Positions 46,463 through 58,276 of a DNA stretch of 64,000 nucleotides are shown piece after piece (the stretch's first letter is position 1; every line of letters starts with the position of its first letter). The stretch covers positions 70,953 through 134,952 of the forward strand of contig URQH01000002.1 of NCBI GenBank assembly GCA_900549955.1. The letters are read 5' to 3'. The notes below the pieces were generated by a model, which was not told where the DNA came from, searched no databases, and saw nothing but the letters and a program-made list of their open reading frames with translations. Made by a program: the position numbers and the translations under genes. This DNA is from an uncultured Eubacteriales bacterium (GTDB lineage: Bacteria; Bacillota; Clostridia; Christensenellales; CAG-138).

Positions 46463-46960
46463 TTAAACAAACAGATAATAATGCACGATATCGTGATATG
46501 TACCAAGTTTATAGCCCACCTGCGGCAAGGTGCCGGCATATTGGAACCCGAAGCGTTCATGCATGCGTACGCTCGCCGCATTCTGCCCGGCTATCACGGA
46601 TACGATCACATGCAGCTCCCCACAGCGGCGCGCCGCCGACAACAGCGCTTCCAGGAGCCGCGCGCCCACTCCGCGGCCACGGAACGCCGCATCCACATAC
46701 ACGGACAACTCCGCCGTGGCGGCATAGGCGTCGTGCGGGCGGTAGGGCGACAGGCACGCATATCCCGCGACCATCCCGCCTGCTTCCGCCACAAGCAGCG
46801 GATGTCGCGGCGTGCCATGCGCGCGAAACCATTCCAGCCGCTCCTGCACCGTACGCTCGCGCATATCAAACGTGGCGGCGCTTGCCCGCACCTCCGCGTT
46901 ATAGATCTCTGTCAGACGCGGCACGTCCGTCTCGCGCGCCTTGCGCACCAGAATGTCCAT
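46463..46960 (-). CDS. GNAT N-acetyltransferase (phosphinothricin-acetyltransferase-like)
   Basis: ATFDMRERTVQERLEWF and the acetyl-CoA motif RGRGVGARLLEALL. ATG at 46960 is preceded by GGGAGGGAG. Confidence 0.85.
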   Translation of the reverse strand: MDILVRKARETDVPRLTEIYNAEVRASAATFDMRERTVQERLEWFRAHGTPRHPLLVAEAGGMVAGYACLSPYRPHDAYAATAELSVYVDAAFRGRGVGARLLEALLSAARRCGELHVIVSVIAGQNAASVRMHERFGFQYAGTLPQVGYKLGTYHDIVHYYLFV

Positions 46961-47110
46961 ATGCGCTCCCTCCCTTTCGGCCGCCATCGCTGCACATAGG
47001 CCATGCGTCACCGGTTTTCCTACAAAATTTGTCCACAAGGTACACATTTCCCACCGTCTGTGCTATACTGTCCATATGCACATCAAACGCCATTTCGGAG
47101 GTCTGTACCC

Positions 47111-47866
47111 ATGAAGTTTGCCATCATCGGCGGCACCAACATCGAAACGCTCCCCATCCCATACCACGAGCAGGCCGTATCCACGCCCTATGGCGACGTC
47201 GTCGTATTCCGCGCCACACTGGATGGGCATGAGTTCATCTTTCTGTCGCGCCACGGCGTGCTCTACAGCTTTGACCCCGGCCAGATCAACTACCGCGCAA
47301 ACATCTACGCGCTGCACAGTCTTGGCGTGACAAATGTCATCGGCATTACCTCCGTCGGCACGTGCGACTATACGCACAAGCTCGGCAGTCTCTGCCTGCT
47401 GGCCGACTTCATCGACTTTACCAAGACGCGCTCCGCTTCTTTTGAGCGGGAACACCGGCTCACGCTGCACACGGGCATGGAACAGGTCTTTTCCACCACG
47501 CTCAACGATACGCTGGAGGCGCTGATCCTCGAGCGCGGCATTCCCTACGCAGGACGCGTGACATACGCCGCAACCGAAGGCCCCCGGTTTGAAACGGCCG
47601 CGGAAGTGCGCGTGCTCCGTATGCTCGGCGCGCAGGTCATCGGCATGACCATCGTGCCGGAAGCGCCGCTTGCCCGCGACCTCGACATGCGCTATGCCGC
47701 CATTGGCATCATCGCCAACTACGGCACCGGCATGACCGGTGAGGTGACGGATTGCGGCATCGACGGCGTGATGGCCGCACACCGGGACGAGGTCTTTGGC
47801 CTGTGTTTCGACCTGATCCGGCGGCTTGGCACCACCAACTGGAGCGGCCAGCATTCCGCCGGCTGA
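47111..47866 (+). CDS. Purine nucleoside / 5'-methylthioadenosine phosphorylase family (MTAP-like)
   Basis: IIGGT, LSRHG, INYRANIYAL, EGPRFETAAE and GMTIVPEAPLARDL. ATG at 47111 is preceded by GGAGG. Confidence 0.85.
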   Translation: MKFAIIGGTNIETLPIPYHEQAVSTPYGDVVVFRATLDGHEFIFLSRHGVLYSFDPGQINYRANIYALHSLGVTNVIGITSVGTCDYTHKLGSLCLLADFIDFTKTRSASFEREHRLTLHTGMEQVFSTTLNDTLEALILERGIPYAGRVTYAATEGPRFETAAEVRVLRMLGAQVIGMTIVPEAPLARDLDMRYAAIGIIANYGTGMTGEVTDCGIDGVMAAHRDEVFGLCFDLIRRLGTTNWSGQHSAG

Positions 47867-47902
47867 TCCCTGCCGGCCGCACAGCCCATGGCAAGCCAAA
47901 GT

Positions 47903-47940
47903 AAAACGGACAGGATGTGCATCATCCCGTCCGTTGTTCT
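47903..47940. terminator. Bidirectional terminator between the MTAP-like gene and the end of the tRNA operon
   Basis: AACGGACAGGAT ...ATCCCGTCCGTT. T-rich on the plus side (GTTCTT) and TTTTAC on the minus side. Confidence 0.55.
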
Positions 47941-48016
47941 TGGTACACCCTCAGGGGCTCGAACCCTGGACACCCTGATTAAGAGTCAGGTGCTCTACCA
48001 GCTGAGCTAAGGGTGC
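47941..48016 (-). tRNA. tRNA-Lys (anticodon CUU)
   Basis: Hand-folded cloverleaf, GCACCCTTAGCTCAGCTGGTAGAGC...CT-CTT-AA...GGTTCGAGCCC...CCA. CCA is encoded. Confidence 0.9.
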
Positions 48017-48099
48017 ATATGCCGTCCGGCAGGACTCGTCCCACCCGTCGGTCTCCGGCCGGTCAAACCGGCCCGGCAAGGCCCGTGCGGCAAAGTGGT

Positions 48100-48173
48100 T
48101 GGAGCAGGTAACGGGACTCGAACCCGTGATCTCAGCTTGGAAGGCTAATGTGTTACCACTACACTATACCTGC
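48100..48173 (-). tRNA. tRNA-Gly (anticodon UCC)
   Basis: GCAGGTATAGTGTAGTGGTAACAC...CT-TCC-AA...GGTTCGAGTCCCG...CCA. Confidence 0.9.
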
Positions 48174-48180
48174 AAACCGT

Positions 48181-48256
48181 TGGAGCGGGAGACGGGGCTC
48201 GAACCCGCCACCTCAGCCTTGGCAAGGCTGCGCTCTACCAAATGAGCTACTCCCGC
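48181..48256 (-). tRNA. tRNA-Gly (anticodon GCC)
   Basis: GCGGGAGTAGCTCATTTGGTAGAGC...TT-GCC-AA...GGTTCGAGCCCC...CCA. Confidence 0.9.
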
Positions 48257-48289
48257 ATTGGCTGCAACCGTTTCACACAAGCAAAAAAC

Positions 48290-48374
48290 TGGTGCGGGCG
48301 AAGAGACTTGAACTCATACGCCTGCCGGCACCAGAACCTAAATCTGGCGCGTCTGCCAATTCCGCCACGCCCGC
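48290..48374 (-). tRNA. tRNA-Leu (anticodon UAG), long variable arm
   Basis: GCGGGCGTGGCGGAATTGGCAGACGC...TT-TAG-GT...variable arm...GAGTTCAAGTCTC...CCA; 85 nt. Confidence 0.9.
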
Positions 48375-48393
48375 ACGCCGGTGAAAGCAACGT

Positions 48394-48469
48394 TGGTGAC
48401 CCGTCGGAGATTCGAACTCCGGACACCTTGATTAAAAGTCAAGTGCTCTACCGACTGAGCTAACGGGTC
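48394..48469 (-). tRNA. tRNA-Lys (anticodon UUU)
   Basis: GACCCGTTAGCTCAGTCGGTAGAGC...CT-TTT-AA...GAGTTCGAATCTC...CCA. Confidence 0.9.
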
Positions 48470-48473
48470 AGAA

Positions 48474-48549
48474 TGGCTGGGGTGGCAGGATTTGAACCTA
48501 CGAATGACGGAGTCAAAGTCCGTTGCCTTAGCCGCTTGGCTACACCCCA
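48474..48549 (-). tRNA. tRNA-Gln (anticodon UUG)
   Basis: TGGGGTGTAGCCAAGCGGCTAAGGC...CT-TTG-AC...GGTTCAAATCC...CCA. Confidence 0.85.
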
Positions 48550-48568
48550 ACGGTGCGGAAAGCAAAAA

Positions 48569-48646
48569 TGGGGTGAGTAGTGGGACTCGAACCCACGACC
48601 TCCTGGGCCACAACCAGGCACTCTAACCAACTGAGCTATACCCACC
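48569..48646 (-). tRNA. tRNA-His (anticodon GUG) with an encoded G-1
   Basis: G-GTGGGTATAGCTCAGTTGGTTAGAG...TT-GTG-GC...GGTTCGAGTCCC...CCCA. The extra 5' G is opposite discriminator C. Confidence 0.9.
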
Positions 48647-48734
48647 ATGCTCCCCAAATCGGAAGAACGGACGAACTCCACCGAATCCAGCTTGCCCGGC
48701 ACCCCGTAGGCCGCCCTCAGAGGTGCCGTGCATT

Positions 48735-48811
48735 TGGCGCGCCCGCAGGGATTCGAACCCGGGACCTACGGCTTAGAAGGCCGTTGCTCTATCCTGCTGA
48801 GCTACAGGCGC
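48735..48811 (-). tRNA. tRNA-Arg (anticodon UCU)
   Basis: GCGCCTGTAGCTCAGCAGGATAGAGC...CT-TCT-AA...GGTTCGAATCCC...CCA. Confidence 0.9.
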
Positions 48812-48834
48812 AGGTCAGAGAGTTCCGAAAAGTA

Positions 48835-48863
48835 ATTATAAGGGGATTGACGCTTTCTGTCAA
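48835..48863 (-). promoter_or_regulatory. Perfect-consensus sigmaA promoter (TTGACA-17-TATAAT) for the 8-tRNA operon
   Basis: Minus strand reads TTGACA gaaagcgtcaatcccct TATAAT, about 25 nt upstream of tRNA-Arg and directly after the SEC-C gene stop. Confidence 0.65.
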
Positions 48864-48879
48864 TGGCCAACGGCAAAGT

Positions 48880-49380
48880 TTATGCTCTGCCGCAACACTT
48901 TTTGTATTTTTTGCCGCTCCCACAGGGACACGGGTCGTTACGGCCCACGGTTTTTTCCTTGACAAACACCTGCGCAGAACGGTATTCCTTCGTGATCTCA
49001 TGGCGGCGCTGCGCACTCAGGCGTTCCTCCCATTCCGGCAACCCGTATAACCAGCTCGCCTTGGCCGCGAGCATGTTGTAATACAGCTTTTCGAGGTCGA
49101 TCTCCAGGTGCAGCACCATCTCCGGCTCAAGCGTTTCCAGCTCCAGCGGTTCGGTCAAGCTCGTGTTGATACCGTCCAGAAATCCGCAGAACACCACCGG
49201 TTCCATGGAAAAGGACGCCGCCAGCTCCTCGAGCGTCCCGTCATAGACGAGCTGGCCGGATGCAAGGATTTTCCTGTAATTCTCCGTCTCCGCGGCAAAA
49301 TAGCGATCCCAGTATTCCTGCTGCGCCGCATCCGGGCGCGGCTGCTCGCACAGCGCGAGCCAATCTGCATACAGTCCCAT
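48880..49380 (-). CDS. SEC-C metal-binding-motif protein (function unknown)
   Basis: 166 aa ending in [16 protein letters not shown], the SecA C-terminal Zn motif. RBS GGGAGGAAAACG ATG. Confidence 0.75.
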   Translation of the reverse strand: MGLYADWLALCEQPRPDAAQQEYWDRYFAAETENYRKILASGQLVYDGTLEELAASFSMEPVVFCGFLDGINTSLTEPLELETLEPEMVLHLEIDLEKLYYNMLAAKASWLYGLPEWEERLSAQRRHEITKEYRSAQVFVKEKTVGRNDPCPCGSGKKYKKCCGRA

Positions 49381-49414
49381 CGTTTTCCTCCCATTCGTTT
49401 ACCAGCTACATAAT

Positions 49415-49891
49415 TTAGCACATTTCCCCGCAGGATGCAACCGTTTTGGCAAGATCGTGATTCCACAACAGCCGCGCGCCCTCTCCCGTGTCGGTATAGT
49501 ACCGCGGGCGGAACCCGTTCTGCTCAAACCCCATCTGCCGGTACAGCGCCTGCGCGGGCGCGTTCGTCTCCCGCACCTCCAGCGTCATGCTCGTTGCGCC
49601 CCGGTTCAGCGCCCGTCGCATGAGCGCCAGCAGCAGCGCACGGGCATAGCCCCTGCGACGGCACTCCGGTAGCACGGCGATATTGGTCACGTGCGCCTCG
49701 TCGCAAACCACCCACATGCCGCCATAGCCCACGACGCGCCCCTCCTGCTCCAGCACAAGATACACGGCCACGTCGTTCTTCAATTCGCCCAGCAGCGACA
49801 GTTTGGACCATGGCGTGCGAAAACACACGCACTCAATCTCGTGCACACGCCCGACATCGGCCTTGTGCATGTCGCGTATGGCCGCGCTCAT
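49415..49891 (-). CDS. rimI: Ribosomal-protein-alanine N-acetyltransferase
   Basis: GNAT core (VTNIAVLPECRRRGYARALL, LEVRETNAPAQALYRQMGF). ATG at 49891 overlaps the tsaB stop (ATGA). Everything further upstream in track ORF 49415..50572 is shadow frame. Confidence 0.85.
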   Translation of the reverse strand: MSAAIRDMHKADVGRVHEIECVCFRTPWSKLSLLGELKNDVAVYLVLEQEGRVVGYGGMWVVCDEAHVTNIAVLPECRRRGYARALLLALMRRALNRGATSMTLEVRETNAPAQALYRQMGFEQNGFRPRYYTDTGEGARLLWNHDLAKTVASCGEMC

Positions 49892-50498
49892 CGCCTGCCC
49901 TCCGCCAGCCGCTCCGCCTGCGACGGCCTGAGGTACAGCGGCCGCACCTCCTGCTGCGCGGTCGCGAGCAGCGTCATGGCCGCAAGCCCAACGGACGCAG
50001 CGTCCGGCCAGACGGGCGGTTCGCACAGGCCCGGCACGTCGCCCACAAGCCGGGCGCCCGCCAGCCCCGCGCCGTACGCCTCCAGCGACACCGCCTGCGG
50101 CGCTTCCACGCACCTGCCGGCCGCATACCGGGCCGCATACGCATTGCCGTTGCGCGCGTCGATCAGCGCGCACACCGGCTCCGGGGACGGCAGGCAGCGT
50201 TGGTACAGCGCCCGCAACGCGTCCACCCCGACGACCGGTTTGTGACACGCAAACGCAAACGCATTGGCCATGCACACGCCGATGCGCACGCCGGTAAACG
50301 AACCCGGACCCACGTCTACGGCAAACACATCCACGGCGTCCAGCGGCAGGGCGCACTGCCTTAGCAGCAGCCTGACGGCCGGCAATACCGTTTCCGCGTG
50401 TTTGTGCGCCGGGTCGCAGGCATGCCCGGCGCACACCACGCCGTCGCGCAGCAGCGCGACCGACGCGGCCTTGGCCGTCGTCTCCAGAGCAAGCAGGA

Positions 50499-50502
<4 letters not shown>
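49888..50502 (-). CDS. tsaB: tRNA threonylcarbamoyladenosine (t6A) biosynthesis protein TsaB
   Basis: MILLALETT..., VDVGPGSFTGVRIG. Confidence 0.9.
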
Positions 50503-52114
<1,612 letters not shown>

Positions 52115-53140
52115 TCACTCGATCAGCATGGCATCGCCAAAGCTGAAAAACCGGTACCGCTGCTGCACGGCGTGCCTGTACACGCGCAGCATTTCCTCCC
52201 GGCCCGCAAAGGCCGATACGAGCATGAGCAGCGTCGATTCCGGCAAATGAAAGTTCGTGATCAGCGCATCCACCGCACGGAACGCATAACCCGGCGTGAT
52301 GAAGATGCTCGTCTGCCCGGCAAACGGCTGCACAAGCCCATCGGGCGTCGCCGCGCTTTCCAGCGTGCGCACGGAAGTCGTCCCCACCGCGACAACGCGG
52401 CCGCCGGCCGCCCGCGCCTCGTTGATTGCGCGCGCCGCCTCCGCCGTCACCTCGCAGTATTCCGCGTGCATGTGATGGTCCTCCACCCGCTCGGCCGAAA
52501 CCGGCCGGAACGTGCCGAGCCCCACGTGCAACAGCACGTCCACAATGCGCACGCCCTGCGCGCGCAGCCGGTCGAGCAGCGCCTGCGTAAAGTGCAGGCC
52601 GGCCGTCGGCGCCGCAGCGGAACCGCGCTCGCGCGCATACACGGTCTGATAGCGCTCCGGATCCTCCAGCCGCTCCGTGATATACGGCGGCAGCGGCGTC
52701 TGTCCCACGCGGTCGAGGACCTCCTCCAAAATGCCGTCGTACAGCAGCTCCACCAGCTTGCCGCCCTCCGCGCCGGTATCGCCCAGCACCCGCACGCGCA
52801 GTCCGTCGCCCACGCGGTATTCCTGCCCGGGCCGCGCGCGGCGCGCCGGCTTGGCCAGGCACTCCCACCGGTCGCCCTCCGCGCGGCGCAGCAGCAAAAA
52901 CTCCATGTGCCCGCCCGTGTCCTCCCGCACGCCGATCAGGCGCGCCGGTATGACGCGCGTGGTGTTGCGCACAAGCACGTCCCCAGGATGGAGATGCGAC
53001 GCGACGTCGGAAAACACGCCGTCGGTGATCGACCGCGTGTTTCGATCGTACAGCAGCAGCCGCGAGGCGGACCGGTCCGCCGGCGGCGTCTGCGCAATCA
53101 ACTCCTGTGGCAACTCGTAGTAAAAATCGCTGGTGTTCAA
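52115..53140 (-). CDS. queA: S-adenosylmethionine:tRNA ribosyltransferase-isomerase
   Basis: FYYELPQELIAQTP, SRLLLY, TTSVRTLES, TNFHLPESTLLMLVSAF. TTG at 53140 is preceded by GGAGTG. The longest ORF reaches 53176. Confidence 0.95.
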   Translation of the reverse strand: MNTSDFYYELPQELIAQTPPADRSASRLLLYDRNTRSITDGVFSDVASHLHPGDVLVRNTTRVIPARLIGVREDTGGHMEFLLLRRAEGDRWECLAKPARRARPGQEYRVGDGLRVRVLGDTGAEGGKLVELLYDGILEEVLDRVGQTPLPPYITERLEDPERYQTVYARERGSAAAPTAGLHFTQALLDRLRAQGVRIVDVLLHVGLGTFRPVSAERVEDHHMHAEYCEVTAEAARAINEARAAGGRVVAVGTTSVRTLESAATPDGLVQPFAGQTSIFITPGYAFRAVDALITNFHLPESTLLMLVSAFAGREEMLRVYRHAVQQRYRFFSFGDAMLIE

Positions 53141-53237
53141 TCGATCAACACTCCATGTAAAATACGCGGCGCCCACGCCCGCCAGGCGCGCGTGGGCACG
53201 ACATGTATTATAGTGGAGCGCGGCAGATTTCGCAAGC

Positions 53238-54044
53238 CTATATCAGTTTCTGCCGTCCTTTCGCATCAATCGTCGTGTTGCCCTCCAGCAGCAGCTCGTC
53301 GATCGTCACAAACTCGTATCTCTCCGCCTGCGCCTTCTCGATGAGCGTGGGCAGATAGTCCTCGATCATATGCCCGTTGTTATGGCACAAAATGATGCTT
53401 CCCGGCTCCAGGCTACCCATGACGGCATCCACAATCGCCTCGGCACTGCGCTCTTTTTTCCAGTCGATGGTGTCGACCTGCCACTGGATGGCTTCATAGC
53501 CAAGCTCGCGCGCGGCGTTGATGACCGTGTCGTTATACTCGCCAAACGGCGCGCGGAACTTTGTGCTGCGCTTGCCGGTCAGCGCCTCGACCTTGTCGTC
53601 CAGTTTTGTAATCTCCTCCTGCACCTGCTGCGTCGTGAGCTTGTTCATGTGCGGATGCGTCAGGCTGAGGTTGCCGATTTCGTGTCCCGCTTCGGCGATC
53701 GCCTTCAGCTGGTCCGGATAGGCGTCCACCCACTGGCCGCTCACAAAGAACGTCGCCTTGACGTCGTGCTTTTCAAGCGTTTCCAAAATGGCGGCCGTCT
53801 TGTCGTCCTTCCAGGCCGCGTTGATCGTCAACGCAATCCGGTTGTCCGGCCGCTCCACGCTGTAGACGGGCAGCTCCCTGTTCTTTCCAGGCAGCACGTT
53901 GAGCTGGTATTCTTCCACCTGCGCACCCGCCATCGTCGGCGTGGCGTCGCCCGGCAGGCAGAGAATGAGCACGATCACGGCGGCAAGCAGCAGCGCCAGC
54001 CCGGCAAAGATCAACGACCTCTTTTTAATGACAACAATCCGCAC
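53238..54044 (-). CDS. NodB-type polysaccharide deacetylase with a TM anchor (PdaA/PdaB-like)
   Basis: LTINAAWKDD, ATFFVSGQW, HEIGNLSLTHPH, LCHNNG. I prefer the GTG at 54044, because the longest ORF (to 54098) starts inside the sigA terminator. Confidence 0.85.
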   Translation of the reverse strand: MRIVVIKKRSLIFAGLALLLAAVIVLILCLPGDATPTMAGAQVEEYQLNVLPGKNRELPVYSVERPDNRIALTINAAWKDDKTAAILETLEKHDVKATFFVSGQWVDAYPDQLKAIAEAGHEIGNLSLTHPHMNKLTTQQVQEEITKLDDKVEALTGKRSTKFRAPFGEYNDTVINAARELGYEAIQWQVDTIDWKKERSAEAIVDAVMGSLEPGSIILCHNNGHMIEDYLPTLIEKAQAERYEFVTIDELLLEGNTTIDAKGRQKLI

Positions 54045-54093
54045 CCCATCAACCCCCAAATTGTTAAGCTGTTGTACTTTATGCGACACAAGT

Positions 54094-54134
54094 CCCAAAA
54101 ATCACAGGAAGGCTGCGCATTTGCGCAGCCTTCC
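54094..54134 (-). terminator. Intrinsic terminator after sigA
   Basis: 13-bp perfect stem, GGAAGGCTGCGCA tt TGCGCAGCCTTCC, followed on the minus strand by TGTGATTTTTGGG. Confidence 0.75.
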
Positions 54135-54151
54135 CGCGTCAGGTTGTCCCA

Positions 54152-55231
54152 TTATTCGAGAAAATCCTTGAGCCGTTTGCTGCGGCTCGGGTGGCGCAAC
54201 TTGCGCAGCGCCTTGGCCTCGATCTGGCGAATGCGCTCCCGCGTGACGTTGAACTCCTTGCCAACCTCCTCGAGCGTGCGCGCCTTGCCATCGTCCAGGC
54301 CATAGCGCAGGCGCAGCACCTTGGCCTCCCGCGGCGTGAGCGAATTGAGCACGTCCATGAGCTGTTCCTTGAGCAGCGTAACGGCCACGGCTTCCGCGGG
54401 CGCCGGCGCATCCTGGTCTTCGATGAAGTCGCCCAGATGGCTGTCGTCTTCCTCGCCGATCGGCGTCTCCAGCGAGACAGGCTCCTGCGCAATTTTGATG
54501 ATCTCGCGCACCTTTTCCTCTGAAATGCCCATCTCGCGGGCAATTTCATCCGGACGCGGGTCGCGGCCATATTCCTGCACAAGCTGCCGGTTGACACGGA
54601 TGAGCTTGTTGATCGTCTCGACCATGTGCACGGGGATGCGGATGGTGCGCGCCTGATCGGCAATGGCGCGCGTGATCGCCTGCCGGATCCACCAGGTCGC
54701 ATAGGTGGAGAATTTGTAACCCTTGCGATAGTCGAATTTTTCAACCGCCTTGATGAGGCCCAGGTTCCCCTCCTGAATGAGGTCTAAGAAGAGCATCCCG
54801 CGCCCTACATAGCGTTTGGCAATGGAGACGACCAGACGCAGGTTCGCTTCCGCCAGCTGGTGCTTGGCCTCCGGGTCGCCCTCCGCCATGCGCTGCGCAA
54901 TGGCCACCTCCTCGTCCGCCGTGAGCAGCGGCACCTTGCCGATCTCCTTGAGGTACATGCGGACGGGATCGTCGATATTGACGCCCTCCACCGCGGCCAG
55001 AGTGCTCTCGATCTCGGCAATCTCCTCGTTGATGTCCTCCGGCACCTCGACCTCTTCCACGACGTCGATGTTCATCTCCTCGAGGTGCTCGTAAATCTTT
55101 TCGATCTGCTCCTGGTCGAGCTCCAGCTCCTCCAGCGCATCCATGATCTCCTTGTAGGTCAGGATGCCCTTGGCCTTGCCGGCATCAAGCAACTCCTTGA
55201 TTTTCTGCGTGCGAGGATCCGTCTTCTCCAT
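54152..55231 (-). CDS. sigA: Primary RNA polymerase sigma factor SigA/RpoD
   Basis: Regions 1.2-4.2 are recognisable ([75 protein letters not shown]). ATG at 55231 is preceded by AAAGGAGTG. Confidence 0.95.
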   Translation of the reverse strand: MEKTDPRTQKIKELLDAGKAKGILTYKEIMDALEELELDQEQIEKIYEHLEEMNIDVVEEVEVPEDINEEIAEIESTLAAVEGVNIDDPVRMYLKEIGKVPLLTADEEVAIAQRMAEGDPEAKHQLAEANLRLVVSIAKRYVGRGMLFLDLIQEGNLGLIKAVEKFDYRKGYKFSTYATWWIRQAITRAIADQARTIRIPVHMVETINKLIRVNRQLVQEYGRDPRPDEIAREMGISEEKVREIIKIAQEPVSLETPIGEEDDSHLGDFIEDQDAPAPAEAVAVTLLKEQLMDVLNSLTPREAKVLRLRYGLDDGKARTLEEVGKEFNVTRERIRQIEAKALRKLRHPSRSKRLKDFLE

Positions 55232-55250
55232 GCTCCCCACTCCTTTCCTG

Positions 55251-57017
55251 TCAGCCGCGAAGCTGGCGCGTCAAATTCTGTATCTCCTGCATGAGCGTCT
55301 GCCGCTCCTGCGTACCAAGCGTATTGTCGCCAAGCCGCAACGTCAGCTCGTCCACCCGCTGCCGGCAGTCGAACCGGCGAATGCGGGTCACACAGTCGCG
55401 CACGGTGCGCACCGGGTCCAAAAGCGGCACGTCCTCACGGAACACGCCGGCCAGCTCTTCCGCCTGCCCCTCTGGCATGCCCGCCGCAATCCGGGCGCAG
55501 TTGGGCGTCGTCTCCTGGGCATAGGCCGCTACGATCTCCCCCGCAAACGCGGTGCGCGCCTCGCCGGAGAGCAGGGACAGCGCGTCCGTGGAAACGGCCT
55601 CGAGCGTCGCGTCCCGGGACTGCGCCATGGCCTGCAACAGCGCGTTTTCCGCGCGCACACGCGGCGTCTCCTCCGCCGCGCCGCGCGCCGGACGGCGATT
55701 CCGTGCCTGCCGCTGCACCGGCGCCTTTTCCAGCGGGCTGCCTGCGGCGCCCTGCGCCTCAAGCGCTTCGACCGGATAGCCGGTCTTTCGCGCAAGCTGG
55801 GCATAGTACCGCCCCCGTTCCACCGGCTGGAGCGACGCAATAAACCGGCAGGCCTCCATCGCATACCGCTCCCGGTCGTTCTCATCGGTCAGCGTATAGG
55901 CGCGCGCCATGCTCTCCAGCTTGAACGCGTTGAGCGACAGCGCATTGTCCTTCAGCGTGTCAAACGCGTCCTTCCCGTTTGCGCGGATAAACTCATCCGG
56001 ATCCTGGCCGCCCGGGAACACGATCACGCGCACGTCGATGCCTTCCGCCGAAAGGATGTCCAGGCCGCGAATCGTCGCGTTCTGGCCGGCGGCGTCGCCG
56101 TCGTAGGCGATATACACCAGCTGGGTATAGCGCTTGAGCAACCGCGCCTGCTGCACCGTCAGCGCCGTGCCAAGGCTGGCCACGGCGTTCGTGACCCCGG
56201 CCTCAAACAGGCCGATCACATCGGTATACCCCTCTACCATCACCAGGTCGTCGCAGCGGCGGCCCTTCTGCAAATGCAACCCATACAGGTTGTTGCGCTT
56301 GTTGTAGATGGGCGTATCGCCCGTGTTGATATACTTGGGTTTGTCGTCGTTCATCACACGTGCGCCAAACCCCAGCACCCGGCCGTTCGTCCCCACGATC
56401 GGGAAGATCACGCGGCCACGATACGCATCGTACACGGAGTTCTTGTCCGTATTATGCACCAGTAGGCCGGCATCCAACAATTCCTGTTGCGTAAATCCCT
56501 GCTGAAACAAATGCGTCTTGAGCGCATCCCACGATGCGGGCGCATAGCCAAGCCCAAACCGCTTGACCGACTCGCTCGTGAGCCCGCGCCGGAGCAGGTA
56601 GGCGCGTCCCGGCGCGCCGTCCGGGCCGATCAGCGTCTCCATGTAGAAGCGGGCGGCCGCCCGGCAGGCAGCGTACAGCCGCTCCTTGTAGGCGCGCTCC
56701 CGCTGCAATGCGGCGTCGTCGGCATTGTCCGGCAACTCCATGCCCACACGGTTTGCCAGCAGCTTGACCGCCTCCACAAAGCTCAGCCGCTCCATCTGCA
56801 TCACAAACTGGATCACCGTGCCGCCCGCGTGACAGCCGAAGCAATAGAACATCTGCTTGTCCGGCGAAACGGAAAACGAGGGCGTCTTCTCCCCGTGCAG
56901 CGGACATAAGCCCCACAGGCGGCGGCCCTTCGGCCGGAGCTCCACATAGGAGGAGACGACGGAGACGATGTCGTTCTTGGCGAGCAGCTCATCCAGCCAT
57001 GCGTCCGGAAACGCCAC
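55251..57017 (-). CDS. dnaG: DNA primase
   Basis: Zinc finger [29 protein letters not shown] and the Toprim block (VMVEGYTDV). GTG at 57017 is 8 nt after GGAGG. The longest ORF reaches 57026. Confidence 0.95.
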   Translation of the reverse strand: MAFPDAWLDELLAKNDIVSVVSSYVELRPKGRRLWGLCPLHGEKTPSFSVSPDKQMFYCFGCHAGGTVIQFVMQMERLSFVEAVKLLANRVGMELPDNADDAALQRERAYKERLYAACRAAARFYMETLIGPDGAPGRAYLLRRGLTSESVKRFGLGYAPASWDALKTHLFQQGFTQQELLDAGLLVHNTDKNSVYDAYRGRVIFPIVGTNGRVLGFGARVMNDDKPKYINTGDTPIYNKRNNLYGLHLQKGRRCDDLVMVEGYTDVIGLFEAGVTNAVASLGTALTVQQARLLKRYTQLVYIAYDGDAAGQNATIRGLDILSAEGIDVRVIVFPGGQDPDEFIRANGKDAFDTLKDNALSLNAFKLESMARAYTLTDENDRERYAMEACRFIASLQPVERGRYYAQLARKTGYPVEALEAQGAAGSPLEKAPVQRQARNRRPARGAAEETPRVRAENALLQAMAQSRDATLEAVSTDALSLLSGEARTAFAGEIVAAYAQETTPNCARIAAGMPEGQAEELAGVFREDVPLLDPVRTVRDCVTRIRRFDCRQRVDELTLRLGDNTLGTQERQTLMQEIQNLTRQLRG

Positions 57018-57085
57018 GCCGTCCACCTCCCTTCCCGAAAAAACAGTCTATCGTTTATTCGACAATTTCATCCGGTTTCCTGCTC

Positions 57086-58084
57086 TCACGCCCACGACTT
57101 TGGCACAAACAGGCGCTCAAAATCCCGGATCGCATAGTTGTCCGTCATGCAGGCGATATAGTCCGCAACTACCCGTTTTTCGCCGTCGATCTCGCGCCGG
57201 AGCAAAAACTCCTCCGGCAATTCCTCGAGATGGGCGCAATAATGCCGAAACAGCTCTTCCACCACGCCCTTGGCCTTTCCCTCTTCGCTCTTGGCCACGG
57301 GGTTGTGGTACACGTGTTCAAACATAAATTCGCGCAGGGCCTGAAACTGCTCGAGCACCGCATCGGACATGACGATTTCCGGCCGGTCGGTACTGTGCGC
57401 CACGATGTCGAGGATCATAGCGTTGATCCGCCGCCCATGGCTGTCCCCCAGCACGCGCACGCAGGCGGCCGGCAGATCGGACTCGGCGATGACGCCGGCG
57501 CGAATGGCGTCGTCGATGTCGTGGTTGAGATAGGCGATCCGGTCGGCAACGGAGACGACCTTGCCCTCGAGCGTCGCCGGTGTGCCGCTCTTCTTATGGT
57601 GCAAAATCCCGTCCCGCACCTCAAAGGTCAGGTTGAGGCCCACGCCGTCATTCTCCAGAAATTCTACGACGCGCAAGCTCTGGACGTTGTGCTCAAACCC
57701 GCCCGGTACCAGCTCGTTGAGCACGCTCTCGCCGCTGTGCCCAAACGGGGTGTGGCCCAGGTCGTGCCCCATAGCGATGGCCTCCGTCAGATCCTCGTTG
57801 AGGCGCAGCGCGCGGGAAATGCTGCGCGCGATCTGGGATACCTCCAGCGTGTGCGTCAGGCGCGTGCGATAGTGATCGCCCTGCGGCGCCAGAAACACCT
57901 GCGTCTTGTGCTTGAGCCGGCGAAAGGACTTGCAATGCAAAATCCGGTCCCGGTCGCGGACGAAATCCGTCCGCAGCGGGCATGGCTCCAGCGGGTGCTC
58001 GCGTCCCCTGCTATCGCGCGACAACGTGGCAAAGCGGGACAGCGTATCTGCCTCGCGCTGCTCAATATACTCCCTGACAAGCAT
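57086..58084 (-). CDS. dgt: dGTPase-like HD-domain triphosphohydrolase
   Basis: FVRDRDRILHCKSFRRLKHKTQVF, HTLEVSQIAR, AMGHDLGHTPFGH, DRIAYLNHDIDD. ATG at 58084. The N-terminal 54 aa of the track ORF is shadow sequence. Confidence 0.9.
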   Translation of the reverse strand: MLVREYIEQREADTLSRFATLSRDSRGREHPLEPCPLRTDFVRDRDRILHCKSFRRLKHKTQVFLAPQGDHYRTRLTHTLEVSQIARSISRALRLNEDLTEAIAMGHDLGHTPFGHSGESVLNELVPGGFEHNVQSLRVVEFLENDGVGLNLTFEVRDGILHHKKSGTPATLEGKVVSVADRIAYLNHDIDDAIRAGVIAESDLPAACVRVLGDSHGRRINAMILDIVAHSTDRPEIVMSDAVLEQFQALREFMFEHVYHNPVAKSEEGKAKGVVEELFRHYCAHLEELPEEFLLRREIDGEKRVVADYIACMTDNYAIRDFERLFVPKSWA

Positions 58085-58276
58085 GCCGCTCACCCCCGAA
58101 TTCCTGTGTCTTCTATGAGTGATAAATACACCATAACTTCCCCGTTTCCTGCTGTTTGAGGCAAAATCCGCCGTTCTTTCTGGCCGTACAGGCGCCTGGC
58201 GGAGCCTTGCGCCCGGCTCTGGGCGCACCGCCGCCAGCCTCGACAATTTCCGCTTAATATTCGACTTTTTGCGCCC

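Noticed and set aside
45217-47232. 671-aa plus-strand ORF; similar cases at 4615..6150, 12947..14590, 39352..41058, 60658..62208, 30892..32028 and 33899..35320
   Set aside because: All lie antisense or out of frame to well-supported genes (malic enzyme/GNAT, rho, mutS2, radical SAM, spoIIE, yedE, yqeB). All are Arg/Pro/Ala/Gly-rich with no start-site signals.
48017-48099. Possible degenerate tRNA or pseudogene in the long spacers of the tRNA operon (also 48647..48734)
   Set aside because: I could not build an acceptor stem, D-arm or T-arm (no GTTCRA-type T-loop in register). They are reported only as structured spacers.
54045-54098. Longer N-terminus of the polysaccharide deacetylase (TTG at 54098)
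   Set aside because: That start codon lies inside the T-run of the sigA terminator and has no RBS. The GTG at 54044 follows GGGGG and precedes the TM anchor.
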